The notes under the pieces are model-generated. The model had not been told where the DNA came from and did not search any database. It was given only the letters and a program-made list of their open reading frames with translations. Made by a program: the position numbers and the translations under genes. DNA of 64,000 bases, from NCBI GenBank assembly GCA_964603685.1, contig CAZRWF010000006.1, positions 677 to 64,676 on the forward strand. The letters are read 5' to 3'. Shown in pieces: positions 18,952-30,400 of the stretch. This DNA comes from an uncultured Chitinophagaceae bacterium (GTDB lineage: Bacteria; Bacteroidota; Ignavibacteria; UBA10030; UBA8401). The stretch's first letter is position 1. Each line of letters opens with the position of its first letter.

Positions 18952-21063
18952 GTGGCACAACAGAACAATCACCGGGAATACTCTTCCCTTCAGGTCCGGA
19001 CCGTCGCTCTCATTGGACACGGCGGCTCCGGAAAAACGACGTTTTCCGAAGCCGCGCTCTACGCAACGAATATCATCAACCGCCAAGGGAGAATTGAAGA
19101 CGGCAATACGGTCTCCGATTACCACCCGGACGAAATCGAACGTAAAATCTCCATCAACTCCTCACTCCTCACCACCGACGTCAACTCCATTAAGATCAAC
19201 ATTCTCGACACTCCCGGGTACACCGATTTCACCGGCGAAGTGAAAGCGGCCCTGCGGGTCTCCGATTCCGCCGTGACATTCGTCCGGGCGTTTGAAGGGG
19301 TGGAGGTCGGCACGGAATTCGTCTGGAACTATGTGAAAGAATATTCGCTTCCGTCGCTGTTCGCCGTGAACAGGATCGACGGGGAATCGGCGGACTTCGA
19401 CCGGGTCTGCGCCGCGGTGAAAGAACGCTGCAGCAACGACGCAACAATCGTGACGTTTCCGGTGCGCACCGGACCCGGCGCCGACGCCGTGATCGACGTG
19501 GTGAAGATGAAATTGCTCCGCTTTCCGCCGAACGGTTCGGGAAAATATTCCGAAGAAGAAATTCCCTCCGATCTGAAAGATCGCGCGACGCATCTGCACG
19601 AAGAACTGATCGAAAAGATCGCGGAATCGGACGAGGCGATGATGGACAAGTTTTTCGCCAACGGCACGTTGAGCGACGACGAGATCAAAAAGGGACTGCA
19701 TCAAGCGCTGGTGGACAGGAAAATTTATCCGCTGTTTGCCGTCTCCGCTTCCACGAACGTCGGCGTGCTGAACCTGCTGGAATTTATCGCCCATTTCTGC
19801 CCGCCGCCGGCGGAGATCCAAACGGTGAGAGCGACGGATATCACCACGAATGCGCCGATCGACGTGAAGATCGACGATTCCAGTCCCGCGACGATGTTCG
19901 TCTACAAAACCGTTTCGGAACATCACGTGGGTGAATTGTCGTACTTCAAAGTGTATTCGGGTGCCGTCACGGCAGGGATGGATCTCGTGAACGAATCCAA
20001 CGGCAAGCCGGAACGGCTCGGGCAGATTTTCGTGATGAACGGACGCGAGCGGAAGGAAGTGGCAAAACTGCATGCCGGGGATCTAGGCGCGGTCGTTAAA
20101 CTGAAGGATACGCACACGAACAACACTCTCTCGACCAAAACGTTTCCGGTGATCTACGACCCGATTGTTTTCCCGGAACCGGTGATCACCGAGGCAATTG
20201 TGCCGAAACACAAAGGAGAAGAGGATAAAATCGGGAGCGGCCTGCACACGCTGCACGAAGAAGATCCGACATTTGTTTATAAGGTCGATCCCGAGATCAA
20301 ACAAACGGTGGTTTCGGGCCAGGGGGAATTACATCTGGCGATCATTATCCGCCGGTTGAAGGAGAAATTCGGGGTGGAGGTGGACTTGGTCGAACCGCGA
20401 GTCCCATTCAAAGAAACGATTAAAGGCACAGTGCCGGATGCGGAGTTCAAACATAAAAAACAGTCGGGCGGTCGGGGACAATACGGCCATGTGCACCTGA
20501 AGTTAGAACCCAAAAAACGGGGTGAAGGTTTCGAATTCGTTGATGCGGTAGTGGGGGGTGTCGTTCCCGGGCGGTTTATTCCGGCGGTGGAAAAAGGGGT
20601 AATCGATGCGATGGAACACGGCGTGATCGCCGGAAATACGGTGATCGACGTGAAGGTGACCTTGTTCGACGGATCGTATCATGATGTCGATTCGGATGAG
20701 ATGTCCTTCCGCATCGCCGCATCGCAAGCATTCAAAAAAGGATTTAAGGAAGCAAAACCGATCCTGCTCGAACCGATCTGCGAAGTGGAAGTGATTGTGC
20801 CGGACGACCACATGGGGGATGTGATGGGAGACTTATCGAGCCGGCGCGGGAAGATTATCGGCATGGACACGGACGGTGCGCATCAGATCATTAAAGCGAC
20901 GGTGCCGCTCAAGGAGCTGTATCATTATTCCACGACACTCCGCTCCGTGACGCAAGGTCGCGGACTGCACCGGCAAAGGTTCTCGCATTATGATGAAGTG
21001 CCGCGCGAAGTGGCGGAGAAGCTTATACAAGAATACGAAAAAAACCGACAATCGGAAGGGTAA
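18952..21063 (+). CDS. Elongation factor G paralog (EF-G2-like translational GTPase)
   Basis: G1 motif GHGGSGKTT instead of the canonical AHIDAGKTT. DTPGYTDF (G3) and NRID (G4) are present. The full five-domain length is there (703 aa). AAGGAG lies 7 nt before the GTG start. Confidence 0.85.
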   Translation: MAQQNNHREYSSLQVRTVALIGHGGSGKTTFSEAALYATNIINRQGRIEDGNTVSDYHPDEIERKISINSSLLTTDVNSIKINILDTPGYTDFTGEVKAALRVSDSAVTFVRAFEGVEVGTEFVWNYVKEYSLPSLFAVNRIDGESADFDRVCAAVKERCSNDATIVTFPVRTGPGADAVIDVVKMKLLRFPPNGSGKYSEEEIPSDLKDRATHLHEELIEKIAESDEAMMDKFFANGTLSDDEIKKGLHQALVDRKIYPLFAVSASTNVGVLNLLEFIAHFCPPPAEIQTVRATDITTNAPIDVKIDDSSPATMFVYKTVSEHHVGELSYFKVYSGAVTAGMDLVNESNGKPERLGQIFVMNGRERKEVAKLHAGDLGAVVKLKDTHTNNTLSTKTFPVIYDPIVFPEPVITEAIVPKHKGEEDKIGSGLHTLHEEDPTFVYKVDPEIKQTVVSGQGELHLAIIIRRLKEKFGVEVDLVEPRVPFKETIKGTVPDAEFKHKKQSGGRGQYGHVHLKLEPKKRGEGFEFVDAVVGGVVPGRFIPAVEKGVIDAMEHGVIAGNTVIDVKVTLFDGSYHDVDSDEMSFRIAASQAFKKGFKEAKPILLEPICEVEVIVPDDHMGDVMGDLSSRRGKIIGMDTDGAHQIIKATVPLKELYHYSTTLRSVTQGRGLHRQRFSHYDEVPREVAEKLIQEYEKNRQSEG

Positions 21064-21097
21064 AACGCCCGGATACGGTTTCGGCCTGGATACCACC

Positions 21098-21140
21098 GCA
21101 GCCTTTGCTCGCCGTGCGACAAAGGCTGCCGGTTTTTTAA
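21098..21140 (+). terminator. Rho-independent terminator after the EF-G paralog
   Basis: 10-bp stem GCAGCCTTTG (21098-21107) / CAAAGGCTGC (21120-21129), then CGGTTTTTT. Confidence 0.75.
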
Positions 21141-21184
21141 TACCGTTCTCCGCCGAACCCGGAACTGCCGACCCGAAGACCGAC

Positions 21185-22618
21185 ATGACGATAACGACGA
21201 AACTATCGACGCGTGCTTTGCTCAACATCGTCTCCCGTATCGCATTTTCGGCCGCTTTTTTTCTGCTGAACGTCGCTGCGGTGAACGAACTCGATCCGGA
21301 ACGGTATGGCCGGTCGCAATTTATTGTCTGGATCGTTTACGTCTCCTGGTTGGTCGGAAACCTCGGGCTTCCTTCCGTGCTTATCCGTTACGGTCCGCTT
21401 TTTCCGTTGCGGTCCATTCTATCTTCCGTGACGGCAATTTTTCCATCCGGATGGTTGGTCGCAACGGTGATTGTTTTCGGTGCGGGGATGATGGCGATGT
21501 TCGGCCGGGAAGGTCCGATGATGACGGTGATGTTGACCGGTCTGGGACTATCGATGCTGATCACATCCGTGTTGGAAGGTTCTTTCCTGAACAGGGTCAA
21601 TGCGGTTTCCTCCGTCATCGCGGCTGCGGCAACGGGTGCACTCTGTCTTCCGCTGATTCGAATGTTCGGTGTGGATGGTTATTATGCTGCGATCGCGGTG
21701 TATTTCTATTCGTACAGCGCCGCCTCCCTTCCGGCGATCGTTCGGACGGTGCGTGAACAACGCACGCGGACGGCGCCGGCAGATATCGCATCGGCCGGGA
21801 TGTTGCGGTACGCGTTGGCCATGTGGCTGATCGGTATCGTGTCGGCATTCGTTTGGCAGCGGCTCGAGATCGTGTTCTTGCAGACCTTCCTGACGCCGCG
21901 CGATATTGCGTTTTTTTCCGTCGGCTTTTTGTGTGCCTCCGTGCCGGTTCAATTTTTCGGCATACTCGTGTCCGGATTGGTCCCGTATTTTTCCCTTCAT
22001 GCCTCTCGCGGACATGCCGGCCAATTGCCGCATGTTTATTCCGTGAATGTCACGGCCATCGGCACCGCCGCAATTTTTGTTGCAGTGTTCTTTTCGGTCT
22101 ATGCTGATCGAATTTTACCGGCGGTATTCGGTGAGGTGTACCGAGAAAGTGTGACCGCCGCCGTGTTGCTGATGGCCGCCATGCCGCTGGCTGCGATCGG
22201 TGCCGTCGGCTCTGCCGTTCTCAAAGGCATCGGCAAACCGAATACACTTTTGGTTTCCAATGTCACCGGATTGGCCGCCGCCGTTCCGTTGTATTATTGG
22301 GCGATAACTTCGTATCATTTGGAAGCGATGCTGGTGATCAGAATCGGTATATTATTTTTGGTGGTCGGAATTGAATACGCCGCCCTCAAACGCGCCGTTC
22401 GGTACCGAATGCCGTTCCTTCCGTTGTTTTTTGCCGCTGCGGTTGCTTCGGTGATCGTTTTCGGCAGTACTTTTGTGCAGTTCGGTGAGTCGCTTCCGGC
22501 CGTGGCCGGCAGTGCGGTGTGTGCATTTGCCGTGTTCGCCGCGGCGGTGATCGTGCTGCGGATTGTGACGGTGGAGGATGTGCGCCGGTACTTCCAGATT
22601 GAAAATACCGCTGCATGA
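21185..22618 (+). CDS. Wzx-like polysaccharide/oligosaccharide flippase (MOP superfamily)
   Basis: About 477 aa with about 14 TM helices and no soluble domain. The ORF-track start at 20990 overlaps EF-G and the terminator; the first ATG after the terminator is 21185. Confidence 0.65.
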   Translation: MTITTKLSTRALLNIVSRIAFSAAFFLLNVAAVNELDPERYGRSQFIVWIVYVSWLVGNLGLPSVLIRYGPLFPLRSILSSVTAIFPSGWLVATVIVFGAGMMAMFGREGPMMTVMLTGLGLSMLITSVLEGSFLNRVNAVSSVIAAAATGALCLPLIRMFGVDGYYAAIAVYFYSYSAASLPAIVRTVREQRTRTAPADIASAGMLRYALAMWLIGIVSAFVWQRLEIVFLQTFLTPRDIAFFSVGFLCASVPVQFFGILVSGLVPYFSLHASRGHAGQLPHVYSVNVTAIGTAAIFVAVFFSVYADRILPAVFGEVYRESVTAAVLLMAAMPLAAIGAVGSAVLKGIGKPNTLLVSNVTGLAAAVPLYYWAITSYHLEAMLVIRIGILFLVVGIEYAALKRAVRYRMPFLPLFFAAAVASVIVFGSTFVQFGESLPAVAGSAVCAFAVFAAAVIVLRIVTVEDVRRYFQIENTAA

Positions 22619-24219
22619 ATTCACCGACGGCGGCGATACCATCCCTTTCGTTCGGAGCGCCGTTGCGCGCCGTGTTGATTGTTGTCTTCTGCAACATTGT
22701 CATTTTCCTCCCTGCCGTCTTCCTCTTTCCCGGCTTTATCGGAGATGATTATGTCGTGATGGAGTACATCGAACGCCGGCCGGACCAATTTTTTGCAGAG
22801 GATACGAACGCGCCGTTCTTTTTATATACACGGCCTCTGTCGGTCGCGTTTTTCCGGTTACTGCATTTCGCCGCACCGGATGAACCGCTGACCATGAAAT
22901 TGATCACGGTGACCGTACATCTGTTGTATGCGTCGATCGTTCCGCTGATCTTCTTTGCGATCGGACGGATCACCGGTCGGCGGCTTCCGGATTCGATCGT
23001 CATTCTCATCTCGCTCATCGTTACCCTTCATCCCGATGCGTTATTGTGGGTCGATTGGATTTCCAACGCCAACGAACTTCTGATGCTGCTGCTGTATGCC
23101 GGCGGATTGTTCTGTCTGCTTCGATACGCATCCTCCGCCGCATCATCACCGTTACTTCCGGCGGCCGCCGTGCTCTTGTTTCTATTGTCAACGCTTGCCA
23201 AACAACAGTCGATCCACTTTCCGCTGATCATTCTGCTGTTCACGCATGGTGTGTGGCGGAATGTACTTTCCCCGCTCCAGCGGCGCACATTAACCGCCGC
23301 CGCCGCCGTCGGTGCGGCAGCGGTGGCGGTTGAGATCTACGTCAACTACCACGTCAACATTGCGTCGGCGGGGATTGTTCGCTGGGATGACCTACCCAAA
23401 AAACCGTTTGCAGTGATTGGTACAATATTCTACATCGGTGTTCCGCTTTTCGGGCTTGACCTCTATCATTTTTTTGTCGCCCATAAGTTTGCCGCCGTTG
23501 TCACGGCGATAGTGATGATCGGCGCCGCATACCGGTGGCGGAACAACATTCCGTGGAACTTTGCCGGAACGGCCGCCGTCGTGACGATGTTCGTCTTTTT
23601 TCCCCGTTTCATCGGACCCGGCGGTGAACGGATCAATGCCCTTCAGCTGTTGTGGTTCGGTATATTACTGGCCGTATTGGCGGACCTCGTTCCTCGAAAA
23701 ACGTTGATACGAACGGTGCTTTGTGTAATGCTTGCCGGGAATATCATTGCCACCGGTATCGTCTTGGAACGTCAACGATCGGACTATCGAACTTCGCATC
23801 AAATGATCGCGGAGCTGCGGGGTCTTCAACAAAGCGCCGATCGGCCGATCGTGGTGCTCTTTTCCACTCTGTATGTGAGCTGGCCGCAGCAATTGATCGA
23901 CAAAGGCGAACAATCGATGCCCGACATCATGTTCTCCGGAGTAATCACAAAACCGATGGTGCGGGATTTCGGCATAACGCTGTCGGCGATGCCGGAACAA
24001 CGGAAGGATACGATCACGGTGACGGTGACTGATGCCGCAACGACATTGGATATGCTCAAGTATCATTCCGTCGGAATAAAGGTATCCGGTGAACGTTCCG
24101 CACAGCGCGGGTGGCGGCGCATTTCGTTTGTTTTACCCGATTCATTGCGGTCGCGTCCGCTGCAATTGGTGTATCCGTCCGATACCGGATGGGTGCGATT
24201 ATCGTGGGAGCATCCGTGA
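22615..24219 (+). CDS. Polytopic membrane protein, GT-C-fold (ArnT/PMT-like) glycosyltransferase candidate; a Wzy-like polymerase is not excluded
   Basis: About 11 TM helices plus a ~150-aa C-terminal soluble domain. An acidic GDDY motif lies right after TM1, where GT-C enzymes carry their DxD/ExD loop. ATGA overlap with the flippase stop. Confidence 0.4.
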   Translation: MNSPTAAIPSLSFGAPLRAVLIVVFCNIVIFLPAVFLFPGFIGDDYVVMEYIERRPDQFFAEDTNAPFFLYTRPLSVAFFRLLHFAAPDEPLTMKLITVTVHLLYASIVPLIFFAIGRITGRRLPDSIVILISLIVTLHPDALLWVDWISNANELLMLLLYAGGLFCLLRYASSAASSPLLPAAAVLLFLLSTLAKQQSIHFPLIILLFTHGVWRNVLSPLQRRTLTAAAAVGAAAVAVEIYVNYHVNIASAGIVRWDDLPKKPFAVIGTIFYIGVPLFGLDLYHFFVAHKFAAVVTAIVMIGAAYRWRNNIPWNFAGTAAVVTMFVFFPRFIGPGGERINALQLLWFGILLAVLADLVPRKTLIRTVLCVMLAGNIIATGIVLERQRSDYRTSHQMIAELRGLQQSADRPIVVLFSTLYVSWPQQLIDKGEQSMPDIMFSGVITKPMVRDFGITLSAMPEQRKDTITVTVTDAATTLDMLKYHSVGIKVSGERSAQRGWRRISFVLPDSLRSRPLQLVYPSDTGWVRLSWEHP

Positions 24220-25181
24220 TCACCGTGCTGCTGCCGACATATAATTCCGCGGAAATCATCGGTCGGTCGATCCGTAGCATTCTGCAGCAAACTTTTTCGG
24301 AGTTTGAACTGTTGATTGTTGATGACGGATCGACGGATGCGACGGCCGACGTCATCCGCCGGTTCCGCGATCGCCGCATCCGTTATCTCCCGTGTCCTCA
24401 CCGCGGACTTCCGGAAACACTCAACACCGGTTTGCGTGAGGCGCGATACGACGTTATCGCCCGGATGGATGCCGGTGATGTTTCGGTTCCCGCGCGGTTG
24501 GAAAAACAGTTCGCGGAATTATCGGCACTTTCGCCGACGGCGGTGATCGGGTGTCATTTCGGTGTCTTTTCCGGCGGCCGGCTGCGATATGTGGTGGAAT
24601 CCGGCGGCTCCTCGGCAGAAATCCGCCGACGCCTTGCACTTCATTCGGTGATCGTGCATAGCGGATCGATGTACCGACGGTCGTTAGTACTGGAATCGGG
24701 CGGATACCGCGATGTTCCGTTGGAAGATTATGACCTCTGGTTGAGGGTGAAACACCGGGCGGAATTTTCGATTCTCGGCGAGGTGCTGCATTTTTGGGAG
24801 AATGCACCGAACAGACTTTCAACGGCGGACCTGGAAAAAAAATGGAAAAATCATTATCTGCTGCAGGAAAAATATTATACCGATCTGCAGCGTGAATTTA
24901 TGATCGAAGGATCCGATGAACAGGCCGTCGTTCGGGGCTGGCGCGAATATTTTTACGGAGAAAAAAAAGCGGCGCGACAATGGTGGAATCAATCGCCGCA
25001 GTGTGTTATTCTGTCCATCAGACTCATGACGGCGTATTGTTTCACCTTTCTGCCCGAACAATATTTTCGGAGGATCAAAGAGAGCCGGCTCCGATTCCGG
25101 ATCCGCACGGTACTGCGGATATTTTCCGCAGACCGGGGAACGGCACGGCGGCAGTTTGCCGCGCTGATGAGGGAGCCATGA
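24189..25181 (+). CDS. Family 2 glycosyltransferase (GT-A fold)
   Basis: VLLPTYNSAEIIGRSIRSILQQTFSEFELLIVDDGSTDAT signature. An alternative GTG start at 24216 forms a GTGA overlap with the upstream stop. Confidence 0.85.
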   Translation: MGAIIVGASVITVLLPTYNSAEIIGRSIRSILQQTFSEFELLIVDDGSTDATADVIRRFRDRRIRYLPCPHRGLPETLNTGLREARYDVIARMDAGDVSVPARLEKQFAELSALSPTAVIGCHFGVFSGGRLRYVVESGGSSAEIRRRLALHSVIVHSGSMYRRSLVLESGGYRDVPLEDYDLWLRVKHRAEFSILGEVLHFWENAPNRLSTADLEKKWKNHYLLQEKYYTDLQREFMIEGSDEQAVVRGWREYFYGEKKAARQWWNQSPQCVILSIRLMTAYCFTFLPEQYFRRIKESRLRFRIRTVLRIFSADRGTARRQFAALMREP

Positions 25182-26281
25182 CCATCCTTTTGGTGACCGA
25201 TCATTTGTTTCCCGGCGGAATTTCCCGGCATGTTGTTGACCTGGCGAACGGTTTGCAGGATCGGGGAATGAGTGTCACCGTTGCGGCGACAGACGGAGAG
25301 TTCCGTTCATTCCTTCGTCCGGACATTCGTTTCCTGGAGCTCTTCTTGCGAAAATCCGATTCCGGTCAAAAAAATCTCAACGGAATCGTTGCGTCGGCCG
25401 CCCGCCTGCGGTCATTTTTCCGGAAGAATCCCGTCGACATCGTTCATACGCATATGCGTTTTTCCGGAGTTCTTGTCCGTGCGGTTATGCCGGTCCGACA
25501 CATACCGTTGGTCACGAGCTATCATTCGCTGGTCACGGGTAAAAAACTGTTTACCGTATTAGGGGACCGAACGGTCGCCTGCAGCCACGCCGTCCGCCGA
25601 TCATTGATCGAACGGATCGGCGCCGATCCGCGCACGATATCGGTGATGTATAACGGAATTCCTCCTATCACCGACGATCCGCTGTACAGAGCCGGGGATG
25701 CTGAACTTCCAGAAAAAATCAAACAGGCAAAAAAAGTGATCACAACGATCGTCCGTCTGGTTCCCTCCAAAGGCATCGACGGAATTATCCGCGCCGTCGC
25801 GATACTCCGGAATTCCGCCGATCTGCGCGGCGTCGTATTCGTCGTGATGGGAAACGGGGCCGATCGTCATCGCTATCACGCCAAAATCGCCGCCGCCGGC
25901 GTGGAGAACCATATCATGATCGTGGACGGACGCCTCTCGGTTGCCCGTTTGATCGAACGTTCGGAGTTTCTGTTGCTCAATTCGTCGTCACAGGAAGGAT
26001 TCGGTATCGTACTGCTGGAAGGAGCCCGTGCTGGAAAAATGACCGTCGGTACCCGGGTCGGAGGGATTCCCGAGTTCATTGAAGAGGGGAGAACAGGCGT
26101 TTTGATCGATCCGAATGCTCCGTCTCAATTGGCCGCACGCGTGCAGGAATTACTGCAGCAGCCGGAGGAGTACCGGCGGATGGGGGAGGCCGCCCGGGAA
26201 AAATATGAACGGTCATTTACGGCAGCACGCATGGTGGACGAAGTGTCGGACATCTATCGATCGGTACAGCGAACGGCATGA
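25178..26281 (+). CDS. Family 4 glycosyltransferase (GT-B fold)
   Basis: MTILLVTDHLFPGGISRHV N-terminus. EGFGIVLLEGARAGKMTVGTRVGGIPEFIEEG (E-x7-E region). ATGA overlap with the GT2 stop. Confidence 0.85.
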   Translation: MTILLVTDHLFPGGISRHVVDLANGLQDRGMSVTVAATDGEFRSFLRPDIRFLELFLRKSDSGQKNLNGIVASAARLRSFFRKNPVDIVHTHMRFSGVLVRAVMPVRHIPLVTSYHSLVTGKKLFTVLGDRTVACSHAVRRSLIERIGADPRTISVMYNGIPPITDDPLYRAGDAELPEKIKQAKKVITTIVRLVPSKGIDGIIRAVAILRNSADLRGVVFVVMGNGADRHRYHAKIAAAGVENHIMIVDGRLSVARLIERSEFLLLNSSSQEGFGIVLLEGARAGKMTVGTRVGGIPEFIEEGRTGVLIDPNAPSQLAARVQELLQQPEEYRRMGEAAREKYERSFTAARMVDEVSDIYRSVQRTA

Positions 26282-27462
26282 ACCAAAAAAAAATCACATC
26301 CATCGTCTTCATCGTTCAGAATAATTCTTTTCCGTTCGATCATCGCGTGTTCAAGCAGGCACGGAGTGCTTCTGCCGCCGGCTACGATGTGCATGTGATC
26401 TCCCCGCAGTCGGCGTTGGATCCGCAACCGGAAGAAACCATCGACGGCGTCCGGGTGTATCGGTACCCGAATGCACTTTCTTCCGGTTCGTTCTCCGGAT
26501 ACATCAAGGAATATGCCGTTTCCATATATTATATCTATCGAATGTTCCGTACATTGTGCGGACGATTCGACGTCGCGGCGGTTCATGTCGCCAATCCGCC
26601 GGATCTCTTCTGGCCTCTGGCATTGTACTGCAAAATGTATGGTATCCGATTCATTTATGATCAGCACGATCTTGTGCCTGAAATGTACGCACTGCGGTTC
26701 GGCAAAGGATTCGTGTACTGGATCTTACTCCTCAACGAATATTTGACGGCCCTGCTGGCCGATCACATCATTACGGTGAATTCCACTTTTGTCCGCCGCT
26801 CCCGGAAAAAATGGGGATTGCCGGAAGAAAAATATACGGTGGTGATGAATGGACCGTCGAAAGGACCGGTCCGGACTCCGCCGCAACACTTGCTGGAACG
26901 ATATCGCGGATCCAAAGTGATCGTGTATGTCGGTTTAATGTCGGTGAACGATCACATCGACGTTGTTTTGGAACTGGCCAGCGATATCTTGCTGAAGCAT
27001 GGACGGACGGAATGCCGGTGTATTCTTATCGGATCGGGCGATGTTGAACCGCGCATGAGACAATTGTCCCGCGATATGAATATCGACGACGTCGTTGAGT
27101 TCACCGGTGCACTCCCACACGCGGCGGTGATGGAATATCTCGCGCTGGCCGACCTCTGCCTCGTCCCCGACCGGCCGAACGGAATGAACGAATATTTGAC
27201 GCATGTCAAAACTTTGGAATATATGATGGCATCGAAACCGTTTGTCGGTTTTCACCTGAAAGAAACGATGGACCGGTCCATGGGATCGGCTCTGTTTGCT
27301 TCGGACAGGGATGATTTCGCGTCGAAAGTACTTTTTCTGTTGGACCATCCGGACGAGGCCCGGCGACTCGGAGAACATGGCCGCGCCGCCGTGATGAACG
27401 GACTATTGTGGGAACATTCCGAACAGCATTTATTATCCGCCTATCAAAAGATTCTTTTGTGA
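26278..27462 (+). CDS. Family 4 glycosyltransferase (WbuB-like)
   Basis: 394 aa with GT-B architecture. C-terminal LVPDRPNGMNEYLTHVKTLEYMMASKPFV region. ATGA overlap with the previous stop. Confidence 0.75.
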   Translation: MNQKKITSIVFIVQNNSFPFDHRVFKQARSASAAGYDVHVISPQSALDPQPEETIDGVRVYRYPNALSSGSFSGYIKEYAVSIYYIYRMFRTLCGRFDVAAVHVANPPDLFWPLALYCKMYGIRFIYDQHDLVPEMYALRFGKGFVYWILLLNEYLTALLADHIITVNSTFVRRSRKKWGLPEEKYTVVMNGPSKGPVRTPPQHLLERYRGSKVIVYVGLMSVNDHIDVVLELASDILLKHGRTECRCILIGSGDVEPRMRQLSRDMNIDDVVEFTGALPHAAVMEYLALADLCLVPDRPNGMNEYLTHVKTLEYMMASKPFVGFHLKETMDRSMGSALFASDRDDFASKVLFLLDHPDEARRLGEHGRAAVMNGLLWEHSEQHLLSAYQKILL

Positions 27463-30400
27463 AGATCTCCCTTCGAATTATCCTCTTTCTCTTCGGCTGT
27501 GCCGTAACGTTAAACGCACAACTGCGCTTGTTGAACGAACGATTGGTCGGGCAACGATATACGGTGGAATATGTTTTTCATCGCGAGTGGAGAGGGATGC
27601 CGTCGGCGGAACACGCGGCCTCGTCGGACTATCCCGCACAACACCTGTTTATCGCACTCCCGATGGAAACGGAAACGCCGGCGAATATTTCGATCGTCTG
27701 GAAAAATGGGCCGGTCGGCGGGTCTTCCGTTCCGGAGGGGGCCGTCACTGTGAAAGGATTTGTATGGATCGGCCAATATCGCACCCTTCACATTGAAGTA
27801 CGACCGGTGGTTGTTTCTCCAGTCAACGGTACGGAAAGAGAGATCGAACGACTATCGCTGGAGTTTATCGTTCCTCCGAACCGACCGTCGTCGATCGGAA
27901 CCGAATCCCGGGAATCGCCGGTCATCGACAATCCGACATACGGCTCGCAATGGACCGTACGCCGCATGCCGGAGAGCGGGATACAGCACGATGGATGGAT
28001 CGACTATTCTTCCGAATATGTCAAACTGGGCGTGGCGGCAGACGGAATATACCGGCTCCGGTATTCCGATTTGCAACAGTATGGAGTACCGGTCGGGACG
28101 ATCAATCCCAAAGCGTTAAAAATGTACCTGAAAGGGAAAGAGATTCCCATCCGCGTCACCGGTGAGGCGGACGGTCAGTTTCATCACGATGATGTCGTGG
28201 AATTTGTCGGACGGAGGAATTACGGCGATCCGCGATACCGGGAAGCCGCCCCGTACGGTTCTTCGTATTACGAATATTTGGACCGGTATTCCGACACGAC
28301 CATTTATTGGCTTCGCTGGACCGGTGCCGACGGTAAACGGATTGTTCAACATTCGGACGGTCCCGCGCCGCCGAACGATACGATCCGGCATTATGATCGG
28401 TTGATGAGAGTGGAACGGGACTATCATTGGGATTTTTCTTTGGAAGGGGATGAGATCCGGAGGAACTTCCCGGAGTTGCTGGAAAATGAACGGTGGGGCG
28501 AAGGGGGATTCGGCGTAGGAAGTGTTTCCGTTTCATTCGATGTGACGGATCGATTTCCCGGCCGGCCGGCGCGAGCGTTCATGAAACTGCAGGATTATGC
28601 CTCCAGTATCACGACGAATGCCCACAAAGTAGCATTGTCGATCAACCAAGGTGCCGTGCGGTACGATTCGGGATATATCAACAAATATCAGGTGAAAACC
28701 CTGACGGCCGCTTTTCATTCGACTCTGCTGCAGAACGGCATCAATACCGTTGATCTGCATTCGTACGCCACCGCCAGCACAGTGAACTCCGTCCATCGGG
28801 ATTGGTGGGAATTGGAGTATCCGCGATATCTTCGCGTCCTGTCGGACTCCCTCACTTTCGGCTACACAATGCTGGAGTCGCCCCGCCGAGCAGTGGTAGC
28901 CGTTACCGGTCTTACCACCCCGTCGGTTTCGTTGTACAAATTCCGTTCGAGTGACAGCCTGGTGTCGCTCGTTTCCACCGTTACCGTTTCGAACGATACG
29001 CTCTATTTTGCAGATTCGGTCACGAACGACATCACATATTTTCTCCAAAAAGAATCAACGGCACGGGCGCCGATTTTTTTCACGAAAAAGAAATTCGTCA
29101 ATCTGCGGGAGAGTTCGCGTTCGGCCCAATACCTTGCAATCACTCATCCCGTCTTCCTTTCTTCGGCCGCTCAATATGTTTCCTTTATCGCCTCCGCCTA
29201 TTCCGTGAGCACAGCCGTGATCAATGTGGAAGATATCTATGATGAATTTTTTTACGGTTTTTTTTCCCCCGAACCGATCCGCGAATTTCTGAAAATGACC
29301 CATTCACGATGGCAGTTGCCGTCGCCGAAACACGTTGTGTTAATCGGAAAGGGGACGTATGATTTCTACGGCAATAAAAGCAAATATTTCGCCGCGCCCC
29401 GCGTGATCAACTTTGTTCCTTCCTGGGGGAATCCCGTGTCGGACAATTGGTTTGTCCTGTGGGACAGCACGGAGGCGTATATTCCGCAAATGAATATCGG
29501 CAGAATTCCCGCGCGGACGGTCGAAGAGTTTCAATCATATGCCGTTAAACATCAAAAGTACGTTGCGAAAGGATTTGATGACTGGAACAAACGGTATCTT
29601 TTCTTTTCGGGCGGAAATTTTACCGATCCGAACCAGATCGCGCAGTCCAAAAGTGTCAATGACTTCATCATCACTCAATATGTCGAACCGCCGCCGGTCG
29701 GAGGACGGGCGATGAATTTTTACAAGACGAACGATCCCGTTACCAATTTTGGTCCGTATGCGCCGGACGTCGTCCAATCTTCTATCGACAACGGCGCCGT
29801 CTTCATCTCCTATATCGGACACAGCGGAACGCAGACGTGGGACAACAGCATTACCGATATTTCCCAACTGGCCAACAACCGCGACCGTCATCCGATGATT
29901 TCGGATTTCGGCTGTTCGACCGCAAAATTTGCGGAACCGGACATCCTTTCCTTTTCCGAATTAGCGGTGAATTCCGCGAATGGTCAGGCCATTGCCTACA
30001 TCGGGAACTCTTCCCTGGGATTTACGACCACGGCATTCACGTTCCCCCAGATTTTTTATAAACGGTTATTGACCGATTCTTCCGTGTCGCTGGGGGATGC
30101 GCACCGGCGGGCCAAAATTGATTTTATCAAACAGTTCGGCACGGCGAATTCCCACGGATTGTTCATTAAAACAAATACTCTTATCGGCGACCCGATCGTA
30201 CGGCTCCAGGTTCCGCAAAAACCGAATCTCTCCCTGGCGGTGGAATCCCCTTCTGTGTCGCACCTCCCGGTGACGGACCGACAAGACAGCGTGACTCTCG
30301 TTGTTCCCGTCTATAACATCGGCACCGTTACGAACGACACTGTCGTGGTGTCGGTCCGGACGGTTTATCGCGGTGCGGAAAATTATGCACGTCATTTCCG

